Shown piece after piece: positions 31,086 through 42,120 of a stretch of 64,000 nt of DNA. Under the pieces are notes generated by a model that worked only from the letters and a program-made list of their open reading frames with translations, searched no databases and was not told the DNA's origin. The DNA is taken from positions 288,001 to 352,000 of the forward strand of contig CAVWXH010000016.1 of assembly GCA_963758915.1 (NCBI GenBank), written 5' to 3'. A program made the translations under genes and the position numbers. Position 1 is the stretch's first letter. The number at the start of each line of letters is the position of its first letter. The DNA is from an uncultured Methanomicrobiales archaeon. Its GTDB lineage: Archaea > Halobacteriota > Methanomicrobia > Methanomicrobiales > Methanospirillaceae.

Positions 31086-31700
31086 ATGGAATTTACCCCC
31101 GTCCAGTTAGATGCCCTGCAGGAACTCGCGAACATTGGAGCTGCACATTCGGCAACAACGCTTTCACAGATGCTTAATTGTCATGTCAGCATGAATGTGC
31201 CGGAGATAGATATTGTTGATATTGCACATATGGGACAGTTCCTCCCCGATGAAATAACCACGCTTGTTGTATTCGAACTTCAGGGTGAGATACCCCATGG
31301 GGGCTTCCTGGTCCTGCATTTCCCACAGGATTCAGCTATGCGGACTGCAAATATTCTGCTAGGATCAGGGGATCCCGCCATGTTACCCGGAGAAATGGAC
31401 CAGAGTGCCATTCTCGAGGTGGGCAACATCATGATCTCATCTTTTCTGAGTGCCACCTCAGACCTCCTTGGCATCATGATGCTCCCTTCCCCACCGGCCC
31501 TTGTCGTTGATATGACCCATGCAGTGATTGAATCCCTGATCGCAGGCATGACGATTGAGGTTAATGATGTGGTATTATTCAGGATCAACCTGGGTTCCGA
31601 GGAGCATAAGATCGCTGCAAATATCCTGATTTTTCTCGAGGTCTCCACCCTTCAGATGGTGGCGGATATGCTTGAAGAAATGATGAACCCGAAATCATGA
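31086..31700 (+). CDS. cheC: Second, orphan CheC-family phosphatase
   Basis: QLDALQELANIGAAHSATTLS, ILEVGNIM and MLPSPP, clearly paralogous to 1924-2541. Confidence 0.9.
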   Translation: MEFTPVQLDALQELANIGAAHSATTLSQMLNCHVSMNVPEIDIVDIAHMGQFLPDEITTLVVFELQGEIPHGGFLVLHFPQDSAMRTANILLGSGDPAMLPGEMDQSAILEVGNIMISSFLSATSDLLGIMMLPSPPALVVDMTHAVIESLIAGMTIEVNDVVLFRINLGSEEHKIAANILIFLEVSTLQMVADMLEEMMNPKS

Positions 31701-31884
31701 CCTGGGAATAACCTGAATTGTTAACAAGTCAGCATTTTTTAAGATCTTCCGGTTGCCCGGGAAATATTGTTAACCCCGTGAACTATAGCGGTAGAATTTT
31801 AATATTCCTGGGAATTATGAGAATTTCATCTTTTAACGCAGTTGAAGTGACTGCACCTGGTTGACGGGAAAAACCCGCTTCTGT

Positions 31885-32328
31885 TTATGACGGGCTTACA
31901 AGATTTATAAATCCCGATATGGTGGTATTCATTATATCACTGACATACTGCTCTGGCGCAACCGGGATTATCTCACGGTAACTGACCCAACCCAGTACCG
32001 ATAATGCAGCCATAATTATGGACAAGCCAAGTAAAACAACAATTATGACCGCAAGCACCTGCTTCAGTCGCTTATAAGGCCTGTCTGCAACATTTTTCAG
32101 CGGGATTTCAGGTTTATACTCGAGTCTGTCTAGAATTTCCTTGCATTTCTTTGCATCATCAGTCCTGTCCAGTTTTAACAGAGTTACATAAATATTATTC
32201 CAGGCGTCACGGTATTCCGGGTCTATTTCGATAGCTTTACCATAATATTGAAGCGCAGTTTCATAATCACCTCCTTTAAAGTAACTATTTCCCTGATCTT
32301 TATATTCGACAGCTTTATTTTTTTTCAT
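31885..32328 (-). CDS. TPR-containing membrane protein
   Basis: YKDQGNSYFKGGDYETALQYYGKAIEIDP TPR plus one TM. Confidence 0.8.
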   Translation of the reverse strand: MKKNKAVEYKDQGNSYFKGGDYETALQYYGKAIEIDPEYRDAWNNIYVTLLKLDRTDDAKKCKEILDRLEYKPEIPLKNVADRPYKRLKQVLAVIIVVLLGLSIIMAALSVLGWVSYREIIPVAPEQYVSDIMNTTISGFINLVSPS

Positions 32329-32630
32329 AATCCTCGTTCTGAGTTTGAACTACTGTTCTCGTATGTTAATATTTTGTTGGTTGTCATCCAATAGAAAACC
32401 TTAGATTAAGACACAGCAGGGGATATCCCGCGTCGGTGAATAACTGTTGCGGAGTTATCGCCTGATTATCAGGCTTTCTACCAGATACTCATTCAAAGGC
32501 AGAATTTCGCGAATGGCTCATCCCTTACTCTCTGGTAGCATTTTTAACCAGGTAACAGGCAGAAAAAAATCCCGGGGTCCCTTCTGGTAAAGAAGTATAT
32601 AGGTTCTGAAACAAATCTCCCCAAAAGACC

Positions 32631-34121
32631 ATGCATAGACATTTTATTGATATGCAAGCCATCGCCCGGAGTGCAATGGATAAGTATGGATTCAATTTCC
32701 GGTTCCCTGAGCCGGTACTTTTTGAAGTTAATGCCCTGCAGGTCCGTATCTTTCCCGAAGGAGACGAGAATGAGCGGGACATGCGGGACCTCCTCTGGTC
32801 ATCCATTGATAACTGGGACTCAATGGACCTTGACCAGCTGGAATATTGTGAAAGAGGGCCCGACGGAGTGATACATGTCAGGATCGCGATCGCCGATGTC
32901 GACCTGTATGTTCCAAAACATTCCCTGGCTGACCAGTACGGTGTACATAACGGGACTTCAGTTTACACGGGGATCGAGACCTTCCCTTTATTCCCTGACA
33001 AATTATCACGTGGTATCTCGTCTCTATTGCCCGGGCAGGACCGGATGGCGGTTGTGATTGAATATTCAGTACTTCCTGATGGAAATACCCGGCCAGGTGA
33101 CGTTCACCGGGCGCTTGTACATAACAAAGCAAAACTCGTTTATGAAGAGATAGGGGAATGGTTTGAGGAGGAGGGGCCGATCCCTCAACCGGTTCTGGAT
33201 ATCCCGGGATTAAAAGAGCAGCTCATGATGCAGGTAGAAGGTATGCAGCGCCTGAAAAAACGCAGGATCGAAAACGGGGCACTCGATCTTGACACTCTTG
33301 AAACTCATGCAGTCCTGGAGGGGGTTTCGGTGAAGGACCTCGTTATTCAGAAACAGAATATAGCCCGGAACATTATAGAGGAGTTCATGGTCGCTGCGAA
33401 TGGAACCATGGTATCGTTCCTCGGAAAAGCGGGTATTCCCATGATTCAGAGAATCGTACGCACCCCAAAGAACTGGGGGGGTATCGTTCAACTGGCTGCA
33501 CTGCACCACGAAACTCTTCCGGATGTTCCGGATTCAAAAGCCCTGTCCCTGTTTCTCGACAGGCGCAGGCAGGCAGACCCTGAACGGTTCCCTGACCTTT
33601 CCCTGGCGGTAATAAAACTTCTTGGTCCCGGTGAATACGTGACACTGGAACCCGGTGATCCGCCCTATGGGCATTTTGCACTTGCAGTGACCGATTATAC
33701 ACATGGGACCGCCCCGAATCGCCGGTATGTTGACCTGGTGAACCAGCGCCTTGTAAAGAGTGTAATCAACCGGTCAGATACCCCCTACGCTCCTGAAGAA
33801 CTTGTCCGACTGTCTGCCTGGCTGACTGACCGTGAGAAGGCTTCCAAGAAAGTTGAACGATTTATGCGGAAAGCAGCAGCTGCAGTACTGCTGCGGGACC
33901 GAATCGGGGAGTCCTTCGAAGGGTTAATCACCGGTGCAAAAGAACGGGGGACCTATGTCCGGCTGATTAAACCCCCAGCTGAAGGCCGTATTGTCCGTGG
34001 CGAACGTGGACTGTTTGTAGGCCAGAAAGTCCGCGTCCGGCTATTGAAGACCGACCCCTATAATGGATTTGTTGACTTCGAATATATCGGAGAAATAAAA
34101 AAAGGAATGTTGAAGAATTGA
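32631..34121 (+). CDS. RNB-domain exoribonuclease (RNase II/R family)
   Basis: SIDNWDSMDLDQ catalytic acidic motif, IAIADV, IEEFMVAAN, YTHGTAPNRRYVDL and a C-terminal S1-like domain. Confidence 0.92.
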   Translation: MHRHFIDMQAIARSAMDKYGFNFRFPEPVLFEVNALQVRIFPEGDENERDMRDLLWSSIDNWDSMDLDQLEYCERGPDGVIHVRIAIADVDLYVPKHSLADQYGVHNGTSVYTGIETFPLFPDKLSRGISSLLPGQDRMAVVIEYSVLPDGNTRPGDVHRALVHNKAKLVYEEIGEWFEEEGPIPQPVLDIPGLKEQLMMQVEGMQRLKKRRIENGALDLDTLETHAVLEGVSVKDLVIQKQNIARNIIEEFMVAANGTMVSFLGKAGIPMIQRIVRTPKNWGGIVQLAALHHETLPDVPDSKALSLFLDRRRQADPERFPDLSLAVIKLLGPGEYVTLEPGDPPYGHFALAVTDYTHGTAPNRRYVDLVNQRLVKSVINRSDTPYAPEELVRLSAWLTDREKASKKVERFMRKAAAAVLLRDRIGESFEGLITGAKERGTYVRLIKPPAEGRIVRGERGLFVGQKVRVRLLKTDPYNGFVDFEYIGEIKKGMLKN

Positions 34122-34287
34122 TATCCTGTCCCCCTTTCCCTTTTTTTACTCTCCTGACTGCCGCGAAACATTCCCGGTGAGAAAAAAGTGATATTCTCCC
34201 AGGTTATCCGTGATGCCTGGCAGATGTTTGATGAATTCAGGGGACACCAGAAGATTTTTGACCAAATCCAGTCAATTCAGACATTCG

Positions 34288-34856
34288 ATGATACTTCAGG
34301 GGGACCTCACAGGTTTTTATTACTTAATTCTGCTGACGGGACTTATCATTATCATCATCACGTTGAGAATCCGTCATATATTGTTGGACATTCACAGGAG
34401 CAGGTTCGGCTTAATCCAGTTTTTCACCTGTCATGGCAAAGAGAGGTCGGGCCCCGGGGTAAGGGTGAAGGAATGGCAGCGTAATGCTATTCGTCATTTA
34501 ATTGCTCAACGTGATACTCTTGATAATGACATCTGGCAAATGAATAACCGGCGGAACAACCTGGCTGAAATGGAACAGGAGGCGCAGAAAAAACATTCAG
34601 AACCCGACTATCGGGAATATCCACCAAAGTTCTCGAAGACACTGAGAAATCCCTGTTTATTGAGTTCGGGATAACCCTGAACAAGACAAAAATTGAGGAC
34701 TTAAGACGCCGTCTGGAGCAGAAAGATGCGAGCATCCACTCCATGGAACAGACCCGTAACCAGGTAAAAAGTTGCCTTACATCATATAGCAAGGGAGAAA
34801 ATCCCCGGTTGCCAGTTATGAGGTATATCCGGGGATTGTTTTTTGATTTAAGGTGA
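34288..34856 (+). pseudogene. Possible TM plus coiled-coil protein, frameshifted around 34600-34620
   Basis: A hydrophobic N-terminus and coiled-coil-like segment continue in another frame (KVLEDTEKSL..IEDLRRRLEQKD..). Confidence 0.35.
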
Positions 34857-34925
34857 TATGGTTCAACACTCAGTTTCCGCGATAAGCGGTGTAGCTTCTA
34901 TTCCGGAAGGTACGCCGGTTGGTAT

Positions 34926-35156
34926 TTATAGAGCAGCACCCGGTACTGCTTTTCCCTGGTATATTGTCTGGCGGGCATCCCTGAAGTTGAATTTTTCAAT
35001 AATAAGATGAGCCTCTTTTAATTTCCTGATAGCGTACCTGACCGTCCTTGGAGAGATGTTTGTCATCTTCACGATATCCTTATGGGTCATCGGATCTCCT
35101 TTCTCAAGGAGGGATAATACTGTCTTTGATGATGGGGGCAGATGAATTTCTGGCAT
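34926..35156 (-). CDS. Small winged helix-turn-helix DNA-binding protein
   Basis: LPPSSKTVL..MTHKDI..ISPRTVRYAIRKL..NFRDARQ. Confidence 0.85.
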   Translation of the reverse strand: MPEIHLPPSSKTVLSLLEKGDPMTHKDIVKMTNISPRTVRYAIRKLKEAHLIIEKFNFRDARQTIYQGKAVPGAAL

Positions 35157-35306
35157 ACATACATGGTAACAGTGTTAACACTTAAGGTTGTCGATAGTTC
35201 CGATCGGGTTTGTGTAGGTTCTATTCTGCAAAGGGTCTGGCCGGATGCTACTCCGGGGCAGGGAACATCCATATTGTTGGCTGATCGACCAGTTCTTCAT
35301 GGGCTA

Positions 35307-35864
35307 TCATAATTTTGCAATGACAAGGTAATGGTATGGACCGGCTTCGCCTGACGAAATTATTCGAAAACCTGCGGATTTCATGAGGTCCATTGCTTTC
35401 TCTTTTGAAAATCGTTTTTCAAGAGGTGGACCAAATTCCATAGGCATGTCTGCCCAGTCTAGGTCAACCAGGACTCCTTCTGGTCGAAGCATTATTCTGG
35501 CGTTGGAGAGAACTTTTTTTGGGTCTTCGAAATCATGGAGATTGATTCCGAAAAAAACCATGTCTGCACAACCTTCGCATATTATTGTGTCTTCTCCTGT
35601 GCCAGTCTTTGGAATAAGCTGGTCAAGGCATTCCTCCTGCGCCTGGATCGCCAGTTGACCGATAGCCTCATCATTGATATCAAAGGCGTACACTTTTCCG
35701 CCGTTGCCTACGATATGTGCCGCAGGGATAGAAAAAAAGCCTTCCCCGCATCCTATATCGATGAATGTCATCCCGGGTCTTAACCCGGCACCAGAAAGAA
35801 TCTCTTCCGGGTTCTGCCACCGTCTTCTCTCCTGGTCATTTGATTTAAACCGGCGTTTGCTCAT
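35307..35864 (-). CDS. Class I SAM-dependent methyltransferase
   Basis: FIDIGCGEGFF, VYAFDI, LHD and LRPEG..DW..GPP. Confidence 0.9.
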   Translation of the reverse strand: MSKRRFKSNDQERRRWQNPEEILSGAGLRPGMTFIDIGCGEGFFSIPAAHIVGNGGKVYAFDINDEAIGQLAIQAQEECLDQLIPKTGTGEDTIICEGCADMVFFGINLHDFEDPKKVLSNARIMLRPEGVLVDLDWADMPMEFGPPLEKRFSKEKAMDLMKSAGFRIISSGEAGPYHYLVIAKL

Positions 35865-36077
35865 TGGTACATCCCATATTGCAGGGAATGTCAGCACCAG
35901 GGTTTATCAAATTATGCGGGAGATAATTCCCCCAAGTTCCTGATGCAGTAATGAGACGAATTGTGGAAGGTGACCTGGTGAGGGTGCTAATGTGCAAAAT
36001 AATATCGTGCTTATAAAAAATTACAGGGCCATTGTATTGCAGATACCTTGATGTATCCTGCATGCATCACGGGAACT

Positions 36078-36275
36078 ATGTACGATATTGAGAGCAGCAA
36101 AAAAATGGAAAATGGTATCGTGGTTTTCTATCACCAGAAAGGCGAGAAAAAATATGAATCCTTTAATTATCAGGAGTTAATAGACTTAAAAATCAACGCC
36201 CTTGACCTGCTGGAACATCCGCACCGATATAGTGTTGATAATGAAGCGCACAAGGTATATGCAAAGGATGATTAA
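36078..36275 (+). CDS. Small hypothetical protein
   Basis: 65-aa ORF with protein-like composition (FNYQELIDLKINALDLL). Confidence 0.65.
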   Translation: MYDIESSKKMENGIVVFYHQKGEKKYESFNYQELIDLKINALDLLEHPHRYSVDNEAHKVYAKDD

Positions 36276-36733
36276 TTAACTCGTTCCAATCCCCTTTAAC
36301 CATTTTTAAGGTCTCCCTGTTTTGCACGGTAAAAAAAACGCGTGGTTAATAGGGTGAAATGACGTTAACATGGGTTTCCGGATTGTATCACACTAATTTT
36401 AACATTGTCTTAGTTCAAAAATAAATTTCCGGCAAAATTTTTAATCCGCTGACGGGGCGTCCTTCGGGAGCGGCGTGGTTCTTGTTCCGGTATCCGGAAC
36501 GGAGTTCCATCAGTGCAGCTCTTTTCGACATCATGGTTACATGAACATTTTGACAAAGAGGTTGCTTTAGAGGAATAATTGGTTTTCAGTTCTGTAACGG
36601 GCACTGAGTTTTTCAGAGCCCACGAACCGGTATTTTTTTCATAGATCTGTTCCGGAATTTTCTTTGCGGCTCAACAAATCATAACCTATTCTGGCCTGCC
36701 ACTATCATTCGGAGGAAGACCCAGGTCTTTTCT

Positions 36734-37477
36734 CTAACATTCAATAGTGAGGTCGTCGGTTGCAACAATCAGGCCGGGAAAGGAAGGTTCAAATTGTTTC
36801 TTCACCCTGATCCTGTCATCGGGAGTCCTGTATACTTCAGCGCCGAAATGTATCAGAGCAAGCCTTTTGGCATGTGCTTCCTTCGCTATCCTGATCGCAG
36901 TTTCAGGGTTAAGGTGTGGCCATTCCGGGCTTTGCTCTCCGGGTAATAACCCGCATTCGGTAATAAGTAAGTCCGCATCCTGTGCAAGAAGTATTGCATT
37001 ATCACAAAATCCCGTGTCTGTACAATACACGACAGTCGTGTTATCAATTACCAGCCGGTATCCGAAACAGGGCACGGGATGAAGGAGCAACCGGCATTCG
37101 ACGGGAAAAGGGATGAAATGCCTGCCTTCTGTGAATTCAAGGAAATTAACCCTGAATGGGAGTTTTTCGAATGGTACCGTGAACGGTTCCCTGACCAGCG
37201 AGCTGAGGATCTCCCGCGTTCCTGGTTGCCCGCAGATATTCAGTCCTTTCCCAAAATTAAATTTGACAAGCGTATGTAGGCCCGTGATATGGTCCAGGTG
37301 GAAATGGCTGATAAACAGGTAAACCGGTTTTTCCTGGGATATATAACGATCTGCCTTTGCGAAGCCGTTACCGGCATCAAAAATAATATCGTATTTATCT
37401 GACTGGACGAGCACCGAACAGGTATTGCCTGTAACGGTATCGTACCAGCCATTGGTACCCAGGAATGTCACATTCAT
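36734..37477 (-). CDS. Metallo-beta-lactamase-fold hydrolase (RNase Z-like)
   Basis: FLGTNG, DAGNG, SHFHLDHITG, YCTDT and ADLLITE. Confidence 0.9.
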   Translation of the reverse strand: MNVTFLGTNGWYDTVTGNTCSVLVQSDKYDIIFDAGNGFAKADRYISQEKPVYLFISHFHLDHITGLHTLVKFNFGKGLNICGQPGTREILSSLVREPFTVPFEKLPFRVNFLEFTEGRHFIPFPVECRLLLHPVPCFGYRLVIDNTTVVYCTDTGFCDNAILLAQDADLLITECGLLPGEQSPEWPHLNPETAIRIAKEAHAKRLALIHFGAEVYRTPDDRIRVKKQFEPSFPGLIVATDDLTIEC

Positions 37478-37689
37478 GTATACCTATCGTGAGGTGGACA
37501 GGGTAAAAAAGATTGAGATACAGTATAAAAGAAACGTCTTCCAGTCTTAAGATTACCGGATGATGGGAATACCTAAAAACGGCGATAATATTTCAATTGT
37601 CGCACAAGGAACAAAAAATCCCGGTTACATCTCCAATAGAGAAATTTAATAACAATGTACAACCCGGGAAAAAATAATCCGGATTAAAA

Positions 37690-38526
37690 TTATGGTTTAC
37701 TTGCCCGTCGCGCCATTATGACGGCTGCGATAATTACCCCAAAAAAGAGCATCATTAAAGAGAACCCGGCCGTCGCCGGTGGCGCCAGCTTACCCGGTGC
37801 ATCACACCTTGTCTCCGTCTTTTCGAGGTCGACTGTTGCATTTGACAATCCCGGCCAGGGAAGGTCATAATCAGGGTTACTTTGGACAGAATGCCGGTAG
37901 GCAGTTGTGGCCCCGGTGCAGTTCCCCATGTCAGCAAGGATTCCACCTTTTACGTGCAGGTAGTGTGCGTTACCAGGATCAATATGAAGGGCTTTATCAA
38001 TTGTTTCCTCTGCTGCAGAGAGATTCCCTGTATTCCGGAGTGCAAATGCCTTCAGGGCATAGGCCGTCGCATAGGAAGAGTCCCCTGCCAGGGCTGAGTC
38101 AGCATCGTTTATGGCTTCCTGGTTTTTCCCCATTGCTAAAAGGGCATAACCACGGTTCGCATACCTTACCGGCCGGGTATCATTCGGGATTGCCAGGCTG
38201 ATTAAATCTGCAGCTTCCTGGTAATGTCCCGTCTTTCTCATGGCATACCCCTGGAGACAGAGCAATTCAGGGTTATATGGATAGTATATAAGCCCCTCTC
38301 GGGTACTCGCGATAACACCACTCCAGTCCCGACCTGCCACCAGGGCCTTTCCCTGGGTTTCATACTCTGTTGCATTTCTTATCGCAGGGATCTCCTTTGC
38401 GTTACCGGCGCTGACATTCATCAACCCGGTAACAGGGATACAGAGAGAAATCAGGAGGAGAAGAAGAATGAAGTGGATTTTTGCATAAAATAAAAACCTT
38501 TGAGCATTTGTCCGGCCAGGTGACAT
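37690..38526 (-). CDS. Secreted TPR protein with a C-terminal anchor
   Basis: Signal peptide, several TPRs, and a C-terminal AGF + TM + basic tail (PGF-CTERM-like). Confidence 0.8.
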   Translation of the reverse strand: MSPGRTNAQRFLFYAKIHFILLLLLISLCIPVTGLMNVSAGNAKEIPAIRNATEYETQGKALVAGRDWSGVIASTREGLIYYPYNPELLCLQGYAMRKTGHYQEAADLISLAIPNDTRPVRYANRGYALLAMGKNQEAINDADSALAGDSSYATAYALKAFALRNTGNLSAAEETIDKALHIDPGNAHYLHVKGGILADMGNCTGATTAYRHSVQSNPDYDLPWPGLSNATVDLEKTETRCDAPGKLAPPATAGFSLMMLFFGVIIAAVIMARRASKP

Positions 38527-38654
38527 GGATCAGTATTGGCTTAATGGTTACAAATAGGTTTTTTAGTCCGGAGTCCCGGATCGGTGAATTGCATCTCCCC
38601 CATGGAGTCCTGGACAGGAATTACAATAGTCCGGTATATGTCGTGTGAGGTTCT

Positions 38655-40079
38655 CTATTTCGCGAGGGTATACATGGCCCGTGCATAGATCTTTGCAATC
38701 ATTACAAGTTCTTCACAACCTATCGATTCATCAGAAGCGTGAATATTATAGGTCTTACCAGGAAAATATGGGCCGAATGCGACAATATTTGGGAGCCTTC
38801 GGGCATAGGTTCCGCCTCCGATTGCAACGGGGTCCCCGGGATTGCCTGTTACGTCACGGTAGACCGCCGCTAGTATCCTGATGAGGTCTGATTCGGGTGG
38901 ATAATAGAGTGGCGGCTGATGTTTTTTTATAACGGTAATAATGTCCTCGTCCTTCACTGTCGCTTTGACGTGTTCAATTACATTTTCCATTGTTTCACTC
39001 ACCGGGTAGCGAAAATCAACTGATAGAATAAAGTCCCTGCCTGCGTAGCGTACAACACCGGCATTGAGTGTGAGATGTCCGGATGATGCATCAGCGAACC
39101 CGAGGCCGAATGAGAGACCAGTTGTATCCATGGCGATTCTTTTCTGCAGGAACCTGATCATGTAACCGACTTCCACCGGGTCAAACTGCACAGTCGATAG
39201 AAAAGCAATGAGCTGCATGACAGCATTTTTTCCAAGTTGAGGCCTGGATGCATGGGATGAGACCCCTTCCGACATGATGATTACGAGGTCACCATTCTGC
39301 TCTGCAGCTATCGAAAACCCTGAAACACGGGAGAATTCTTCACATTTTCTGATGATTTCCAGGGGGTTACGGGTCCTGATTTCCGCTGCAGCCCGGCCCG
39401 GTACCATATTGACCGCTTCGCCCCCGTTAAACGATACGAGGATGTCATTACCCGAATTCTTACAATCAAATGAAAATTTTCTGACGAAATCGACCTGGAG
39501 AATACCCTTCTCTGCAAATACAACCGGAAAATCCGAATCAGGAGTGAATCCGCAAACAGGTGGTTTTTCCTTCAACAGGTAATACCCGATATCAAGGTCA
39601 CCTGTCTCTTCGTCAGTTCCAAAAATTACCCTGATACGTCTGGTGAGTGATACACCACTATCCCGTATAGCCTTAAGACTGTACAGGGCTGAAACAATGG
39701 GCCCTTTATCATCAAGGGCGCCCCTGCCGTATATCCTCCCCTCGTGAACCCTGCCACTGAAAGGTGGGAATGTCCAGTGATCCCCTTCAGGAACGGTATC
39801 AAGGTGCCCGAGGACTGCAATGTACTCTTCTCCTTCGCCGTATTCTACAAAACCTGCATAATTGTCGAGATTATGTGTAACAAATCCCATGGCACCGGCA
39901 ATATCAAGAGCTGCCTTCAATGCCGCCGCCGGACCTTCACCGCATGGTCTCCCTTGTTCCGGCTCTCCGGCCACGCTCCTTATTTGAATAATGCTCCTGA
40001 CTGACTCTGCAAGTTGCCGCCGGTCTGACTCGATCAGCTTGTCCAACATGCAATATAATTCATTCATTGTTTCCGACAT
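38655..40079 (-). CDS. pepV: M20 family dipeptidase (PepV-like)
   Basis: GHLDTVP, GRGALDDKGP, GTDEETG, FTPD..FP..AEKG, GGGTYAR and H..DE. Confidence 0.9.
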   Translation of the reverse strand: MSETMNELYCMLDKLIESDRRQLAESVRSIIQIRSVAGEPEQGRPCGEGPAAALKAALDIAGAMGFVTHNLDNYAGFVEYGEGEEYIAVLGHLDTVPEGDHWTFPPFSGRVHEGRIYGRGALDDKGPIVSALYSLKAIRDSGVSLTRRIRVIFGTDEETGDLDIGYYLLKEKPPVCGFTPDSDFPVVFAEKGILQVDFVRKFSFDCKNSGNDILVSFNGGEAVNMVPGRAAAEIRTRNPLEIIRKCEEFSRVSGFSIAAEQNGDLVIIMSEGVSSHASRPQLGKNAVMQLIAFLSTVQFDPVEVGYMIRFLQKRIAMDTTGLSFGLGFADASSGHLTLNAGVVRYAGRDFILSVDFRYPVSETMENVIEHVKATVKDEDIITVIKKHQPPLYYPPESDLIRILAAVYRDVTGNPGDPVAIGGGTYARRLPNIVAFGPYFPGKTYNIHASDESIGCEELVMIAKIYARAMYTLAK

Positions 40080-40624
40080 TGCCACAACCAGCAGGAATTA
40101 TCCTTTGAACTCTCCCAATATTGGTTGAAAAATATTGAATTTCTTTTTTCATATCTTTTTAGTTACTGATGGTAACCATATATAGGTCACGCAAATCATG
40201 AAGGAACCAAATTATCAGGCTTTATTCAGGTATTTAACCTGATATCTCCATCTTCTATAGTCCCGATAAAACATTGGTCTCCCATGATATCGTTCCCGGA
40301 ATCCTTTCTGCTTATTGGTATACCGTTTAATTACGGTATACACCTCAATGAGCGCATGAAACGATAGATCATACCTGCAGGACGTTTCGAGGTCACAGAT
40401 CCGGCTTACTCTGGTTGTGAAACTAAACCTAATTGCCTTATTTTTAAGTCTGATAGTCTTATTACGTCCATAACCTGCATAATTATAATATCTATAAAAT
40501 GCGGCGGACACCTGCAATATGTACGACCATAATGTATTTACGTCATGAAGTGACGGGATGAACATGATTATTAACCGTCCCGATCGTCGTTTGACCCCCG
40601 AAAACAAGGCAAACCACCGATATA

Positions 40625-40659
40625 TTTATATACTTAATATTATATTTACTATTTGAGGT
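40625..40659 (+). promoter_or_regulatory. TATA box and RBS of the histone gene
   Basis: TTTATATA at 40625-40632 and GAGGT at 40655-40659, ahead of ATG 40667. Confidence 0.55.
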
Positions 40660-40666
40660 ATTTACA

Positions 40667-40873
40667 ATGGCAGATTTACCTATTGCGGCAGTTGTAAGAA
40701 TTGCAAAGGCGAATGGAGCCGAGAGAGTCGGCAGTGATGCAGCAGCAGCACTTGTAAAGAAGACTGAAAAATATATTGCACACCTCACCAAAGAGGCAAA
40801 CAAGCTTGCGATTCACGCAGGAAGAAAGACGCTGAAAGAAGAAGACATCGAGATGGCTGCAAAGTCATCCTGA
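40667..40873 (+). CDS. Archaeal histone (HMf-like)
   Basis: LPIAAVVRI..GAERV..A..HAGRKTLK.EDI histone-fold signature in 68 aa. Confidence 0.96.
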   Translation: MADLPIAAVVRIAKANGAERVGSDAAAALVKKTEKYIAHLTKEANKLAIHAGRKTLKEEDIEMAAKSS

Positions 40874-41084
40874 TTCCTTTTTCAATCTAATCCACACTTC
40901 TCCGGGTATTTCCGGTCGGTTTTTACGTTCATTGTTTCAAAGGACGCCCTTCCAGGCTATTATGCTTCAGGTACTCACGGGATTGAAAAATATTTTCTAT
41001 CGCTGTTGATTTTTATGCCAGGTGATACTGGTATTTATTCCGGGTAGCTGACCCGGGCATGAAATTCCGGATATATTATGCAGG

Positions 41085-42042
41085 TTAATTCCTGCGCACC
41101 GCAAGGAGTGGCGTATACCCTGATCCTGATACCATTGTATTGATATCAGAACAGACCTGGAATGTGCTTTTTCCGGTATCCGAACACATCAGCCCTTTTA
41201 TATCTGAAAACCCACCGGGAGAACCTGACAGGATCCTGTCCCCGTTATAGCAGAGGATGGAATTTTTACCCGCAGCAATCAGGGAATCACCTGACGGTTT
41301 GAGGTCAAATATCGCCGATTCGAGATAAAACGATTGCATCCTCTCCCCGGAAACACGATGCAATCCCCCGAAATCAAGAGAACGGTGACAACAGCCGGCC
41401 GAAATAATCATGGAGCCATTACCGGATGGATCGGGTACAATACCAGTGACCGGCTGGCGCCCGTCAACGGTCACTATCCGGCCGGTATCTCCGTTAATCA
41501 GTTTTAACCCACCCGGTAGTTCGCCACGGTTAAAACCAACATAGAGATCTTTCCCTGGTCCCGGCGCTATAGAAATCTGTACAGCATCGAAAAGCCATTC
41601 AGCAAGTGGTGTTAGGTTCCAGACCCCCGAATCAAGAGAAAAACGGTACAGGTTATACGGTGACAAAATTATGATTTCTTCTTCCTGTATAATCATACGG
41701 CAGGTCCTTTCTTTTGTGGGGGCCGAGCCGAATCCCTGCCTGTTCACGCGGGGTGGTGGTGTCCGGGTAGTACCTGTGATCCAGTCCGGCAAACGGTATC
41801 TCTGTTAAAAATTCCCAGTTTCCCAAGGTTTTTACCCATATATCACCTCTCTCCATTGCCACCAGTATTCGTCCGTCAGGCAGGAGAAAAAAATCATCAG
41901 CCGCACTGGCAAACGGTGGGGTTTCCATTTGAAATTCTCTCTTGTCCAGATCAAACGAGAACAGGGTACGCTCAAAATAATGGAGCCAGAGAATTGAGCC
42001 ACAGAGATCAATCCGCTGAAGGTGGTGTCCGGGGTTATCCAT
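41085..42042 (-). pseudogene. Hypothetical beta-propeller-like protein, frameshifted near 41790
   Basis: Two overlapping minus-strand ORFs (41653-42042 and 41085-41792) with beta-repeat character (LYVGFNRGE.PGGL). Confidence 0.5.
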
Positions 42043-42120
42043 AGATCCTCACGGTACTGTGCTATTATCAGACTCGTATGCTCGTGGTATTATTTTTTAA
42101 AATCAGCATCGCCAATGTAA

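Noticed and set aside
40215-40607. 130-aa minus-strand ORF upstream of the histone gene
   Set aside because: Non-ATG start, no motifs, and it lies in a divergent promoter region.
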